Below are positions 41,001-53,000 of a stretch of DNA of 64,000 nucleotides, piece by piece; the first letter of the stretch is position 1, and each line of letters opens with the position of its first letter. The notes under the pieces are model-generated. The model saw only the letters and a program-made list of their open reading frames with translations. It made no database searches and was not told the origin of the DNA. Location: assembly GCA_051294375.1 (NCBI GenBank), contig JBJCIZ010000744.1, positions 686,264 through 750,263 on the forward strand, written 5' to 3'. Position numbers and translations under genes: made by a program. The DNA is from Paraspadella gotoi. Taxonomy: Eukaryota > Animalia > Chaetognatha.

Positions 41001-42043
41001 CCTCGCTACAATATTAAAAAAATGTTTTCGCGACCACAACTGTCGCCACCGCAGCTCATCCGATCTACGACTTTAAGTCTTTCGATATTCGTGGTGATTA
41101 TTTTGTTACTGCCTTCTATCCCTGTTTAAAATGAGATCGATCTTATTTTTTTTCATTAATAATATTCTTTAAAGCCAGTTCCCCCCCCAAAAAAAAAGAC
41201 CGTCTTAGGAGAGCGATCCTCAAGTAAAGGACACAACGACCTCCAGTTGAATGGACAGCGACTCCCACCAACCAAAATCCTAGTTTACTCACGACTTGAC
41301 ACTGGAGGATGAAGTTCTTGTCCGTCCCTCCGATGAACATCAACTCTTCCTTCGGACAAAAGATTTTAGGCTCGAAGCGGACGTTGACTTCGCCGAAGGA
41401 GCAGGAGATGTCCGAAGGGGAAACGTCGGGGCTGGAGGATGGGGGGGGGGAAAGAGGAATCAAGAAAACGTCAAGATAAAGAAAGAAAGAAAGAATGAAA
41501 GAGAGTTACTTTTATCTTTTTCATCTTATTTTTAAAATGGTTGACAGTTTCTTTAATCTTTACCTGAGATACTTTTGACTGACTTCGCAAGTGATTTCCG
41601 CTCCCAAGTCTTCCGGTTTGGCGACGTATTCGTAGTCCGACACCATGTAAGTCTCGTGCATTTGGGGGGAACTGTGAAAGCAAGAATTTTAAAATGACCC
41701 ATAAAAAACAACTCTTATTATGCAACAAAATTAGCGTCAATACTTTGGTTTGATAAAGACGCGTCAACCGTTAAAATGATTAACTTTTCTGGATATTAGT
41801 CAAAATAATAATTAGTTTCATTTGAATGGACTCTTTTAAATTAAAATTAATTCTATTAATATCAATCCATAAAAATGCCTCTCCCCTCACCCTTCGACGG
41901 TCTTGTTGTTCTTCTTCCACACGATCTGCCCGGAACCGTCCTTCGTCAAGTCGGTGATGTTGGCCGAGCAGCGCAACCGTTTGCTCTCGTTCTCCTCGAC
42001 GACCAGCGACGGGGACGGACCCGCCCCCTCGCATTTCGGGGGG
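38009..42043 (-). CDS. Constant region of the clustered Ig receptor gene: 13 exons (42043-41891, 41671-41564, 41431-41293, 40848-40729, 40496-40427, 40307-40219, 40141-40074, 39949-39820, 39599-39458, 39160-39018, 38940-38854, 38483-38379, 38185-38009); Ig2-Ig4, TM, cytoplasmic EF-hand tail; no ATG or signal peptide of its own
   Basis: All junctions are GT-AG and phase-compatible. Translation (S)PPKCEG..LRCSAN..IVW..YEYVAKPEDLGAEITC..SCSFGEVNVRFEPKIFCP..LQCQVTGNPL..LEVPN..YVHGPEFGC..VECNIYVNPQIPANNISWYVNGELLKRQQ..TM PFGVVLLAAFIGTLLLLTTIVCIALV..GTMTTKMIK..GFAKLTNALYLKDTDQDGYLTVMEARPV..CSNGEFVDVETMLHIMSKG* is colinear with P1-P8 from the end of their V domain. The first acceptor CTTCCAG|C CCC CCG is phase 2. 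Confidence 0.88.
40582..40728. repeat. 37-bp minisatellite, 4 copies, at the 5' end of a constant-region intron
   Basis: Unit CAAAGATGCTGCAAATAGAATGC(G/A)GCACCGACTCGCT on +. Confidence 0.85.
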
Positions 42044-42500
42044 CTGGAAGGGGGGGGATAAGGATGGAAATAGGGGGAGGGAAGAATAAAGGGAAGGGTG
42101 AAAATGAAATGATTAGAAAAATTGACCATCCAAATTGTTTCCAACCAACAAGTCCACTAATCCTAAGATTCTCTGTAAAAAATGAATCTATTTTTTCGGA
42201 CCACTTCAATTTTTCTCGAACCACTTTATCCCCCACAAATAAAACCTTATTACGGAAACGAGGAATTCAAAAGGCGAATCTCCGTTGCAGGAAAAAGTTC
42301 CGGAGTCAGAAAAAAATACCGAAGAGATTTCGAGAAGGAAATGGGATTCTTGGTCCTGTTGGATGGACGGCGCCAAATCGAGTAAAACGGTGATTGTTTA
42401 ATGTTTATGATATTAATAGATATAGAACAGTGATAGGTTTGGTCGATACTAATTGAGAAACATCGTATATAAATAGTAATAGTCGTCACATTATGACATC

Positions 42501-42770
42501 TTAAAAGAATAATACAATCGTTTTGACTCTGATTTCGGCCGTCCATCCCTTGCTAAACGAATAGCGAGGCTCTTTGAGGCTGGGATATGGATTGACTCCG
42601 TGAGCGAGAGGTTTCGCCGCTCCTTTATTTGTCCAGAACCACGCCGGAGGATAAGTCGAAGAGCAAGAAAGACGCAACCGAGTTCCACGCAAAACAGTTT
42701 TAGAAATTTTCTTGGCGAAAATCACATTTGGAAATAAAATGAAAAGAAATATGACGAATTTCGTCTCCAT
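42501..42770 (-). pseudogene. Variable exon V1 (closest to the constant region); 3' end degenerate or misassembled
   Basis: METKFVIFLFILF..LSCSSTYPPAWFW..LAHGVNPYPSLKEPRYSFSK, then no DAG.F.C motif and no AG|GT donor; promoter motif at ~42855. Confidence 0.6.
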
Positions 42771-43087
42771 TTTTGAAGCAAAGGCAACGGAAGTCAAGGA
42801 AAAATCTATTCCAACAACTATAAGAGAATGTGGATGATGGAAAGGATTCGGACGTGTAAGGACACCTACCGAGAAAACGAAGAAAAACACGACCGGAAAA
42901 AAACAAAACTTCCGAAGGTAAAATGCTAACTGCAATTTCCATGAATTGAATTATATTTCTGACTTATCAAAATTCTTAGTCGCGTTGAAATTCAAAACAA
43001 GCACGATATGCGATATGAATTCGATGAGTAGTCTTACCTGCATTAGATAATACCGAAATTGCTCTTTCAACACCGAATTGCTAATAC

Positions 43088-43422
43088 CTCAAAACACTTA
43101 GAGTGTACGAAATCGATTTATCGCCATCGCAAATGTAGGTTCCCGCGTCTGAAGCAACAACTGGGTTAATCGTTAGTTCGTAAACGTTGTTCTGTTGTAA
43201 AAAGTTGAATCTCGAATCTTTAAGAGTCGGGTGTTTTTGTCCATTTGTCGCCAGCGTTTTGTATTGGGGTTTGATCTTGGCCCAAGGCGGAGGAAAGGAA
43301 GATTCACACTGGAATGTCGCGCTTGTTGAAACAATTTTGGATTGATTGATTGTTACTGCGACAGTTTTTTCTAAAATGCCCGCCGAAGCGCATAATAAAA
43401 GTACTTCCCACAATTTTAACAT
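43088..43422 (-). CDS. Variable exon V2 (signal + V-Ig)
   Basis: MLKLWEVLLL..FQCESSFPPPW..HPTLKDSRFNF..DAGTYIC..SVL AG|GTATT (phase 2). Confidence 0.88.
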
Positions 43423-43696
43423 TTTAATTCATATATTTTTTACTTGATTCAATTTTTAATAACGCAAAACACGCCCGTAGCCAAAGCGAAAGGAGTTTTT
43501 AGTAACGCAGCGAAGACGTCGAGAATAACGGAACAAAACTTGTAGAGACCTCTGCCGTAAGAAGGCAACAACAGAAAATTTTAAAAGAACTAACTGAGGA
43601 ACTTGAACCTAAGGCTTTAGACTAAATGTTTTTGCCATTCAAGCAGTGACAAAAAAGTGATCATAAATATTGTTTTAGCCATTATATTATGATTAC

Positions 43697-44058
43697 CTAA
43701 TCACGCTTAGAGTGTAAGAGACCGAAATTCGACCGTCGCACACGTATTTTCCAGAATCGGAAAAAGTCACTCGGACGATTTCCAGTTCGTAAACATCGTC
43801 GCGATCGGAAAAACTAAAACGATCATCTTTAAAATTTGGATGCTTAAGCCCATTAACTCCGATAGCTTTGTAGTCGCCCAATTTCGGACCAAGTTTTGCC
43901 CAGGGCGGAGGAAAGGAAGATTCGCATCGAAACTTGATGGTGGAGCCGGAAATAACGACGACGGGGTTGGACGTCGCATCGGAAGATTTCGGAATCGTGA
44001 AGAGAAAGAAAAGCATAAGGAGTGTAATCGACCAAGGACTTTTGATATTGATTCGCAT
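43697..44058 (-). CDS. Variable exon V3
   Basis: ..FRCESSFPPPW..HPNFKDDRFSF..DSGKYVC..SVI AG|GTAAT. Confidence 0.88.
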
Positions 44059-44369
44059 CGAGTTTAGAATATTTATGCGGGACTTAAGTTGTTGAATTTG
44101 ATAGGAAGTGCCAAGGCGTCAAGGCGAATAGTAATTCATGCTTTGATTAAGACAGCAGAGACTCCTTCGAGAAATGCAATAAATAGCGCGAAGAAAATAA
44201 AAGGGCAAATTCTGATAGTTTCCCCCCATTTACGACGCTAATTCTATTCTATATGTATTGGAACTATGGCTATGGAGTTTTTTTAATTCCGGGATTAACA
44301 AATTGGCGATATAACTTTAATTCAATCAATTTATTTTCCAAATAATAAGTTAGATTATTTTGATTTTAC

Positions 44370-44708
44370 CTTAAAACACCGAGAGTGAAAGTAATGGATT
44401 CGTCTCGCGTCGCAAACGATATTTTCCGGAATCGGAAAGACTGACTCTCTCATGGAGAGTTTATAAACATTGGTCAGAGCAGAAAAGCGAAATCGTTCAT
44501 CTTTGAAAGAGGATGCTTTCGGCCATTCATGGCCAGAGTCTTGTATCGCGCGGATTCGACTTTTGGCCCAAGCCGGCGGAAAAGAAGAGTCGCATCGAAA
44601 AGAGACGCTCGAACCCGATATGACGGCGCGATTGAGGGAAAGAGAGAGAATTTCTCGCGTCGAAAAAGTCAGAGAAAAGAGAAAGAGAATTTCCGACGGT
44701 GACATCAT
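44370..44708 (-). CDS. Variable exon V4 (frameshifted in this assembly)
   Basis: MMSPSEILFLF..FRCDSSFPPAW..FKDERFRF..; ends TTA AG|GTAAA. Confidence 0.72.
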
Positions 44709-45037
44709 AGTGACGGCGAGTAAATAACTACTTTCACAACAACACAGAGGATGGACTTTCAATGAAGAAAAACGAAGCAGAAAAGCAAGGGATGATGAAG
44801 ATCAGTAGAGCCTCCCTGCGTTTAAAATGGAAATCAACACCAAGAAAAAAGACAATTGCACATTCGGGAAGAAAAAGAGTAAAAAACGAAAAGCATCATA
44901 TGAATTATATGTTCAATATTGTTGTATCTTATGTACTTCGCAGCCATACGGAGGGCAGGCACATTTTTTATTTCCAATTTACCAAGTCTAATTTTTGAAT
45001 AATAACAAAACGCCGGATTTTGAGCATCAAATTTTAC

Positions 45038-45384
45038 CTCAGGAACGCTGAGATGTAAGAAAGGGAAGAGTCGCCATTGCAAACGTATTTTGCAGAATCG
45101 GAAATGACGACGCGAATAATCTCAAGTTCATAAAGATTTTTAATATTCGAAAATCGAAACCGATCATCTTTAAAGTTGGGGTGTTTTCGCCCATTGGCCG
45201 AAAGGGCCAGATATTCCCCTAATTTCGGATTGAGTTTTCCCCAAGGCGGAGGAAAAGAGGAATTGCATTGAAACTTCACGGTGGAACCAGCAATGACCGC
45301 AACGTCATTGGCAGCGACGGATAGGTTGATTGTCACAGAAAGAGCAACCAGCAGAAATTCCGCAAAAGTTGATGAACGACACAT
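45038..45384 (-). CDS. Variable exon V5
   Basis: MCRSSTFAEFLLVAL..FQCNSSFPPPW..HPNFKDDRFRF..DSAKYVC..AFL AG|GTAAA. Confidence 0.88.
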
Positions 45385-45599
45385 TTTAATAATTTCAGTT
45401 TTTGAAACGAAGATCGGCAGCTCGGGGAAAACTACCAAAAAGTCGTGAGAAAAGTAGGGAGCAGAGTGTATGATTACTATGATTAGTATCAGTAGCGCCT
45501 CTTCCCGGAAAACACAAAAATTATAGATCTCAGAAAAAAAACAAAGGGCAACTGATATCAGAACGAACTTTTTTCCCCATCCATTTAATATTGGACTAC

Positions 45600-45934
45600 C
45601 TGACGACGCTCACGATATAAACGCTGGACTCGTCTCCTTCGCAGATGTACTTCCCAGCGTCGCTCAAACGCGCATCGACGACGGTGACGAGGTAGACGTC
45701 ATCTCTACGACCGAATCGAAAACGAGGCTCGTCCCATTTCGGGTGACGCTTCCCGTTGACGCCGATGGTTCGGTAGTCTTCGTTTCGCGGTCCAACTTTC
45801 GACCAGGGAGGCGGAAAGGACGATGGGCAGGAAAGAAGGAAAGTGGAGCCGAGAGAGACGGCGAGCGGTTTGGACTCTTGACCGGAAGAGACGGCGAGGA
45901 TTGACAAGAGGACGAGAAGAATCATTATTGTCAT
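45600..45934 (-). CDS. Variable exon V6
   Basis: MTIMILLVLL..LSCPSSFPPPW..HPKWDEPRFRF..DAGKYIC..SVV AG|GTAGT. Confidence 0.88.
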
Positions 45935-46307
45935 TTAAAAGTAAATGATTTATTTTAATGATTTATTTATTAATGATTTATCGAAATCGGTGTCGTTAAC
46001 TTAGTATTTCAAAGAAAATTCTTAGAGCCGAGAAAAGCCCAAAAATAAAATTTGACAAACAACATTCCCTGATTGGACGAGAACAAGTAGAGACGTCCCA
46101 CGGAAAAAAAACCCAAAAAGCATTGATGACAGAAACAAAAGGAAAACCGAACACTAAAAAATGTGAGTGAAAGAGAAAATAGAATGAAAACATTGCAATA
46201 TATAATAATAATACATGGATTATGGAAGCTTCAGACTTCTGCTTAAATTTTTTTCTCCAAAATATTGTTTATCTAATTCATTTGTTAGTTATACACAATC
46301 AGAATAC

Positions 46308-46648
46308 CTAACGACGCTCAACACCGTCGAAATCGATGTCTCCGATTCGCAGACAAATTTCCCAGCGTCTTCGAGCGAAACCCTTTTGATTCGCAAGAAA
46401 TACCGAGATCCTTCGCCGACGAAAGAATATCTAGGATTTTTCAATTGTGGATGGGGAGTTAATCCGTTCATGGCGATCATCTTGTACTGATTCTGTTTGC
46501 CGATCCAAGTCCACGGAGGCGGAAACGAAGATGAGCAGGAAAGCTCGACGTCGGCGCCCAGAAAAGCCGTCAGTTTGAAGTCGGAAGCGAACGAGGTCGT
46601 CATCGAGAGGAAAATAAGGATAAAGCGGGAAAAGATCGAAAGATTCAT
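46308..46648 (-). CDS. Variable exon V7
   Basis: MNLSIFSRFIL..LSCSSSFPPPWTW..HPQLKNPRYSF..DAGKFVC..SVV AG|GTATT. Confidence 0.88.
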
Positions 46649-46929
46649 ATTTTGATAGAGAGAGTGAGACAGCGACGAAATAAAATTGGGAAAGAAAGCA
46701 GATAAGAATAAACAGGGATAAGAGACAAGCGATTCGGACCGGTAGAGACCTCCAGCGGTTTGAAATAAAAACAAAAGCGTCCACAGGAGATGGTTCAAAC
46801 TTTGTATTTGACTGAAGATATACGTATATGAAAAACTTCAGGAGAAAACAGTATATCTCTTAAAAATTAAGGTTTAACAATACCAATGAAAACCGTGGCA
46901 CAACCACAACACCACAACGTCTTAAATAC

Positions 46930-47270
46930 CTTAAAACATTAACTATCGTTTCGAGAAAAGCATCTCCTTGACAAACGAATTTCCCAGCGTCCTCGGGTTT
47001 AACGTTGGATATTCGTAAAATGTATTTGTTTTCTTCCGCCATAAAATTGTAACGGGTATTTTGAAGATTGGGATGACGCTTTGTTCCAGCATAGGCAAGA
47101 GTCTTCTGTTGTCCGGCTTTGGGGCCGAACCAGGCCCAAGTAGGTGGAAATGATGAAGAACATGTCACATCGATATTGGTGCCTCGAAAAGCACTCTTTG
47201 TAACTGAACACGATGACAACGACAACGAAATTGTAACAAAAAATGCAAGAAAGTGAAAATGCCACGCCAT
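46930..47270 (-). CDS. Variable exon V8
   Basis: MAWHFHFLAFF..VTCSSSFPPTWAW..HPNLQNTRYNF..DAGKFVC..NVL AG|GTATT. Confidence 0.88.
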
Positions 47271-47625
47271 CGCGTTTTAAGGGACAAGAGAGAAAATTAG
47301 ANNNNNNNNNNTGCCACGCCATCGCGTTTTAAGGGAAAAGAGAGAAAATTAGAGAATAACTTGAATAGAAAAAGTCATTCATGAACTGATACATACGAGC
47401 AGAGACCTCAAGAGGATGAAAATGATAACGAAAATAAACAGAAGGGCAAACTTGGAAGAGCTTAAAGTTAAATACTATTTTTTTCGGCAGTATTTTTTAA
47501 ATGACGATAATAAAAGATAAAGAAAAGTTGAGATACGCAAAATTAGTTCTCGTTCTTGTTATTAACATTCTAAATTAAATTACGATCAAACTTCTAAGAA
47601 ATATTAATTATCATTGACTCCATAC

Positions 47626-47972
47626 CTTACGACGCTCAGCAAAGACGCGACCGAAGCGTCGCCTTCACAAACAAACTCCCCCGCGTCAGAAACCTCGACT
47701 TTCTCGATGAGAAGGACATAAACGGATTCTTTTTGCGAAAAAGAATATCTGGAATTCTTAAATCGCGGATGCCGAGTTTTTCCGTTTGATGGTCAGCATC
47801 TTGTCTTTCCTCCGTTGGCCAAACCAGTTCCAAGGCGGAGGAAATGAAAGATTCGCATTTTAAATTCAACCGAGGAATCCGTGAGAACCGTAGTTTTAAA
47901 TCCACGACGGCGTGAACCGCGCGGGTAATTATGAAAAGTGCAACCACGAGAGCAAAACAGTTTTGATATCAT
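47626..47972 (-). CDS. Variable exon V9 (frameshifted in this assembly)
   Basis: MISKLF..AVHAVVD..KCES..PPW..HPRFKNSR..DAGEFVCEGD..VV AG|GTATG; further copies at ~52868-53217 and 63035-63156. Confidence 0.72.
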
Positions 47973-48135
47973 TTTGAATTTCGTTTGTGAATGAATCGGG
48001 AATGAATTTGTAGAAATTTATCTCGAGTCTAACCAGTAGAGACGCTTAAGCGGGGAAAAAGAAAACTGAAATGTGGAGACAAAAGAACGCGCCCGATCTG
48101 TTAATAACAAAAAAGGAAGAAGTTTTTTAACCAAC

Positions 48136-48483
48136 CTGACAACGTAAGAACGAATTGTTGATAAACTCTCCATCGCAAACAATCTTTCCCGCATCCGAGG
48201 ATTTGACGCTCGAAATTGAAACGACGTATTTGTTTTCACTTTTGTTGAATAAAAACGTGAATCTTTCAAGTTCGGATGTGGTCGCGTTCCCATAGAAGGC
48301 CAGGTCCGATGCTTCCCTCTTTAGGACCGAACCACGACCAAGTCGGCGCGCAAAGGAGGAGAGACAAATAAAGTCCACGGAGGCTCCAACCAAAATAGTT
48401 TTGATATCAGAAGCGTCAGAGAGTACAAAGTTTATTTTGTAAAGTAATAAACAGTAAAAAGCCACATAACTGTGAAAAGCCAT
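48136..48483 (-). CDS. Variable exon V10 (frameshifted here; cleaner copy at 63320-63676)
   Basis: MAFHSYVAF..FICLSSFA.TW..HPNLKDSRF..DAGKIVC..VV AG|GTTGG. Confidence 0.75.
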
Positions 48484-48766
48484 GATTTCTAATTTTCCGA
48501 TTGAAAACTATTTGGACGACTTGGGGAGCGAATCTAACTCGTATAGACGCCTGTTGTCGTATCAATCTTTTCAACGGAAAAACAAAAGGTCTAGAGGATA
48601 GACACTAGACACAAGACAGACGAAGAAGTTTATATCTTATTGAATGTAATTTCAAAGAGGCTCGCTCCATCGCAGTGTACAATAGTGAATTGATATATTC
48701 GATAAGAAAAGAATAGGTTTATTATTATTCATAAACAAATAAAATAAACCATTAGCTTTCTCTTAC

Positions 48767-49095
48767 CTCAAAAACGGCGACTAGATAAACCCGTCGACGA
48801 ATCTCCTTCGCACACATATTTCCCCGCATCCCCCAACGCAACATTGGAAATTTTCAGAGAAATAAACTGATTGAACTTTATAAGGAAACCGCGGATCATC
48901 CCAGTTTGGATGCTTTCCCCCGTTCAACCCTATGATGCGATATGTTCCGCTGCTCGCGCTGCTTTTCGACCAGGGAGGTGGAAACGAGGAGGAACATTTC
49001 AGCTCGACGTTGGTCCCCATAATTAAGCTTAGTTTAGATTCCTCGCATAAAGTCACAAAGACAAAGGTGGAAATTAAAATTATTTGGCGAAACAT
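48767..49095 (-). CDS. Variable exon V11 (indels near the 3' end)
   Basis: MFRQIILIST..LKCSSSFPPPW..HPNWDDPRF..DAGKYVCEGD..TTG AG|GTAAG. Confidence 0.78.
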
Positions 49096-49372
49096 CCTTT
49101 GAGATAATAGTACAGAAAAAGATGCAGCACTTTGCTAGGAGAAATTTTGATCACCGACTCAAGAATCAGACACATGGAGCCACCACACTTTGAAATCAAC
49201 CAATTAAAAAACAAAAAGACACGGGACTACCAACCAACAAGTTATTCTTTTTTGAAAACGATTTCATAAGAACAAATTAAAATTCATCATTTATTAGAGA
49301 AAAAAATGAAAGAAATAAAGGAAGAAAAAAATAAAAATATAAAGAAAGAAAGACAGAAAGAAAAGTCAGTAC

Positions 49373-49698
49373 CTAATTAAGTTAAGAACGATCTGATGCG
49401 AAACATCTCCATCACAGACGAATTTCCCCGCATCAGATTTGTTCAAATTTGAAATGAACACGGAATACTCATCGTTCTCCTTTTGAAAAACATAACGAGA
49501 ATCCTTGAGAATTTGGATGCTTATTTAGTTTCCCGAAGCAAGGGTTTTATGTTGGTCCTGTTTAGAGCCAAACCACAGCCAAGTCGGAGGAAACGTCGAT
49601 GAGCAAGATATTTTTACTGAAGAGTTAACAAGTTTTGTGATTACGGTTTGTTTTGAGGAAACCAAGCCCAAACTGATGAAGAAAAGGATTTTATACAT
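49373..49698 (-). CDS. Variable exon V12 (small indel)
   Basis: MYKILFFISLGLVSS..ISCSSTFPPTWLW..KTLASG..DSRYVFQKENDEYSVFISNLNKSDAGKFVCDGD..NLI AG|GTACT. Confidence 0.78.
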
Positions 49699-49956
49699 TT
49701 TGCTCGAAAGAAAAATATTGCAGTTAATAAAAATCAGACAAATTGAAAAAGGATACGGATATGTTGCGACACCAAACGGGATAATAAAAAATTAAAGTCA
49801 ACAAATGCTCAATTCCGATCTATGCATGAATAACTAAACTGAAAAACAGATTATAACAATGATATACATACTTTGAAATTAATATATATGGCATAATTTT
49901 TTTTCCCTGAATCATAATGCTTTTAATTTTTTTATGCAAAGAAAACTGAAACTTAC

Positions 49957-50080
49957 CTCAAAACAGAAACAATGTATGTCACGGGAGAGTCACTGCCACA
50001 GACATACTTCCCGGCGTCGGCCAATGTTATTGCCGAAATTTTAATTCCATAATTCGAACCATCGTTAGCAAAGAGAAAAG
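49957..50080 (-). pseudogene. 3' fragment of variable exon V13 at the duplication breakpoint
   Basis: ..ANDGSNYGIKISAITLADAGKYVCGSDSPVTYIVSVL AG|GTAAGT; matches the 3' end of the exon at 58577-58951. Confidence 0.75.
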
Positions 50081-50087
50081 AGACGAG

Positions 50088-53000
50088 ATATTATATGTTC
50101 AATATCTCGTTGTATCTTAACTGTAACTTCGCAGCCCATACGCGATGGCAGGCACAATTTTTTATTTCAATTTACCACCGGTCTAATTTTGAATCAACAA
50201 GAAAAACCGATTTTTTACATACACTTTTACCTCACGGACGCTGAGAGTGTAGAAAGGCGGAAGATCGCACTTCGCGCCCACCGTCATTTGCAGAATCGGC
50301 ACAACTCGACGACGGAATCACTCCAGTCCCATAAAGCATTCTTTAATATTCCGAAATGACACACGATCATCTTTTAAAGTTGGGGTCGTTTGATGGGAGG
50401 GAGATATTTAATCTCGGATTGCAGTTTTTAAGCGGAGGAAAGAGCGGAATGCGATCTCCGCACAATTCACGTCGCGACCAGCAATGCACCGAACGTTTGG
50501 CCAGCCGACTGATAGGCTTCGATGCGTCACAGAACAGGTAACCAGCAAATTCCCGCAAAAAGTTGACTCGACACGACACATTTTAATAATTTCAGTTTTT
50601 GAACGAAGATCGCAGCTCGGGAAAACTACCAAAAAGTCGTGAGAAAAAGTAGGGAGAGAGTGTAATGATTACTATGATTAGTAATCAGTAGCGCTCTTCC
50701 CGGAAAACACAAAAATTATAATCTCAAGAAAAAAAACAAAGGGCAAACTGATATCAGAACGAAAATTTTTTCCCATCCCATTTAATATTGGACAACCTGA
50801 CGACGCCACTGATATAAACGCTGGACTCGTCTCCTTCGCAATGTACTTCCCAGCGGTCGCTCAAACGCGCATCGACGACGGTGACGAGAGTAGACGTCAT
50901 CTCTACCGACCGAATCGCGAAAACGAGCTCGTCCATTCTCGGGTGAGCTTCCCGTGTGACGCCGTATGTTCACGTAGTCTTGCGTGTTCGCAGGCGTCCA
51001 ACTTCGACCAGGGATGCGGACCAAGGACGATGGGCAAAGGAAAGAAGGAAAAGTGGAAGCAGAGCAAAGAACGGCGAGAACGTTTGGAACTCCACTTGAC
51101 GCCGGAGAACGGCGAGGCAAGGCATTGAACAAAGAGGAAACCCGAGAGAAGACACATTATTGTCATTTATAAAGTAAAATGATTTTTTAATGAGTATCTT
51201 ATTATATAACTTTATACAATCGTCAGTCGCTTACGTTATAGTAATTTCAAAGAAAAATTCTTAGGCCAGAAAAAGCCCAAAAATCTAACGAATTGAATCA
51301 AACAACATTCCCATGATTGGACCGAGAACAAGTGAGACGTCCACGGAAAAAAAACCCAAAAAGCATTGATGACAGAAACAAAATAGGGAAAACCGAACAC
51401 TAAATAAATGTCGAAGTAAAGACATAATGAAAACAATGCATACTCATATAACTTAAATACATTGATTATGGGAAGCTGTCGGACTTCTGCTTAAACATAT
51501 TTTTCCGCGAAAAATGTTAATCTAATTCATTGTTAGTTATAAACAAACAGAATACCTAACGCGACTCAGACACCGTCCGAAATCGATGTCATCCGATTCG
51601 CAGACAAAATTTCCCCAGCGTCTTCGAGCGAAATTCCTTTGATTCTGCAAGAAGTAATACCGTGAGATCCTTCGCCGACGAAAGAATATCTTAGGATTTT
51701 TCAATCTGTGAGATGGGAGTTAATACCGTCATAGAGCGATCATCTTGACTGAATCTGTATTGGCCGACCAAGTCCACGGAGGCGGAACGAAGCATGAGCA
51801 GGAAAGCTCGACGTCGGCGCAGAGAAAAGCCGTGCTGTTGAGTCGGAAGCGAACGAGGTCGTCAAATCGAGAGGAAAATAGGATAAAGCGGAAAAGACGA
51901 AAGATTCATATTTTGATAAGAGAGTGAGACTCAGCATGAGAAATAAAATTGGAAAGATAAAGCAGATGAGAATAAACAGGATAAGAGACAAGCGATTCGA
52001 CCTGGATAGCAGAACCTCCAGCGGTTTGAAAATAAAAACACAAAAGCAGCAATGGGACTGGTAAACTTTGTATTGACTGTAATATAGTAACTAAAAGACT
52101 TACAGGAGAAAACAGTATATCTTCTTTAAAAATTAAGTTTAACAATACCAATGAAAACCGTGGCACACAACCACAACATACGTCTTAAATACTTAAAACA
52201 TTAACTATGGTTGTCGAGAAAAAGCATCTCCTTGAGCAACGAATTTCGCCAGCGTCCTCGGGTTTAACGTTAGATATCGATAAAGTTTATTTGTTTTCTC
52301 CGCCATAAATTGTAACTAATTTTGAAAGATTGGGATGACGCTTTGTTCACAGCCATAGGCAAGAGTCTTCTGTTGTCGGCTTTGGGGCGAACCAGGCCAA
52401 AGCAGGTGGAATGAAATGAAGAAAACATGTCACAATATCGATATTGGTGCCCCTCGAAAAGCACTCTTTGTAACTGAACACGATTGACAACAGACAACGA
52501 AATTGTACAAAAATGCAAAAAGTGAAAAATGCCACGGCCAACTGCGTTTTAAGGACAAGAGAGAAAATTAGAGAATAACTTGATATAGAAAAAAGTCATT
52601 CCATGAACTATACAGACGAAGCAAGAGACTCAAGAAGGATGAAAATATAACGAAAATAACAGACAGGGCAACTTGGAAGATGCTTAAAGTCTATATAATT
52701 TTTATATTGTTTCATTTCCACAATTTTTGGCAGTATTTTTTTAAATGACGATAATAAAGATAAAGAAAAGTTGAGATACGCAAAATTAGTTCTCGTTTTG
52801 TTATAACATTCTAAACTTAAAATTACGATAACTTTAAGAAAATATTAATTTAATCATTGACCCATACCTTACGACGTCGTCAGCAAAGACGCGACGAAGC
52901 GTCGCCTTCACAACAACAAACTCCCCCGCGTCAGAAAACTCTCGACTTTTCTCGATGAGAAGGACATAAACGGATTCTTTTTTTGCGAAAAAGAATATCT

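Noticed and set aside
38009-42043. Assigning a known symbol (Dscam, nectin, Kirre/Neph, Alr)
   Set aside because: No FN3 repeats, an atypical Cys pattern and an EF-hand tail; the similarity is only generic to the Ig superfamily.
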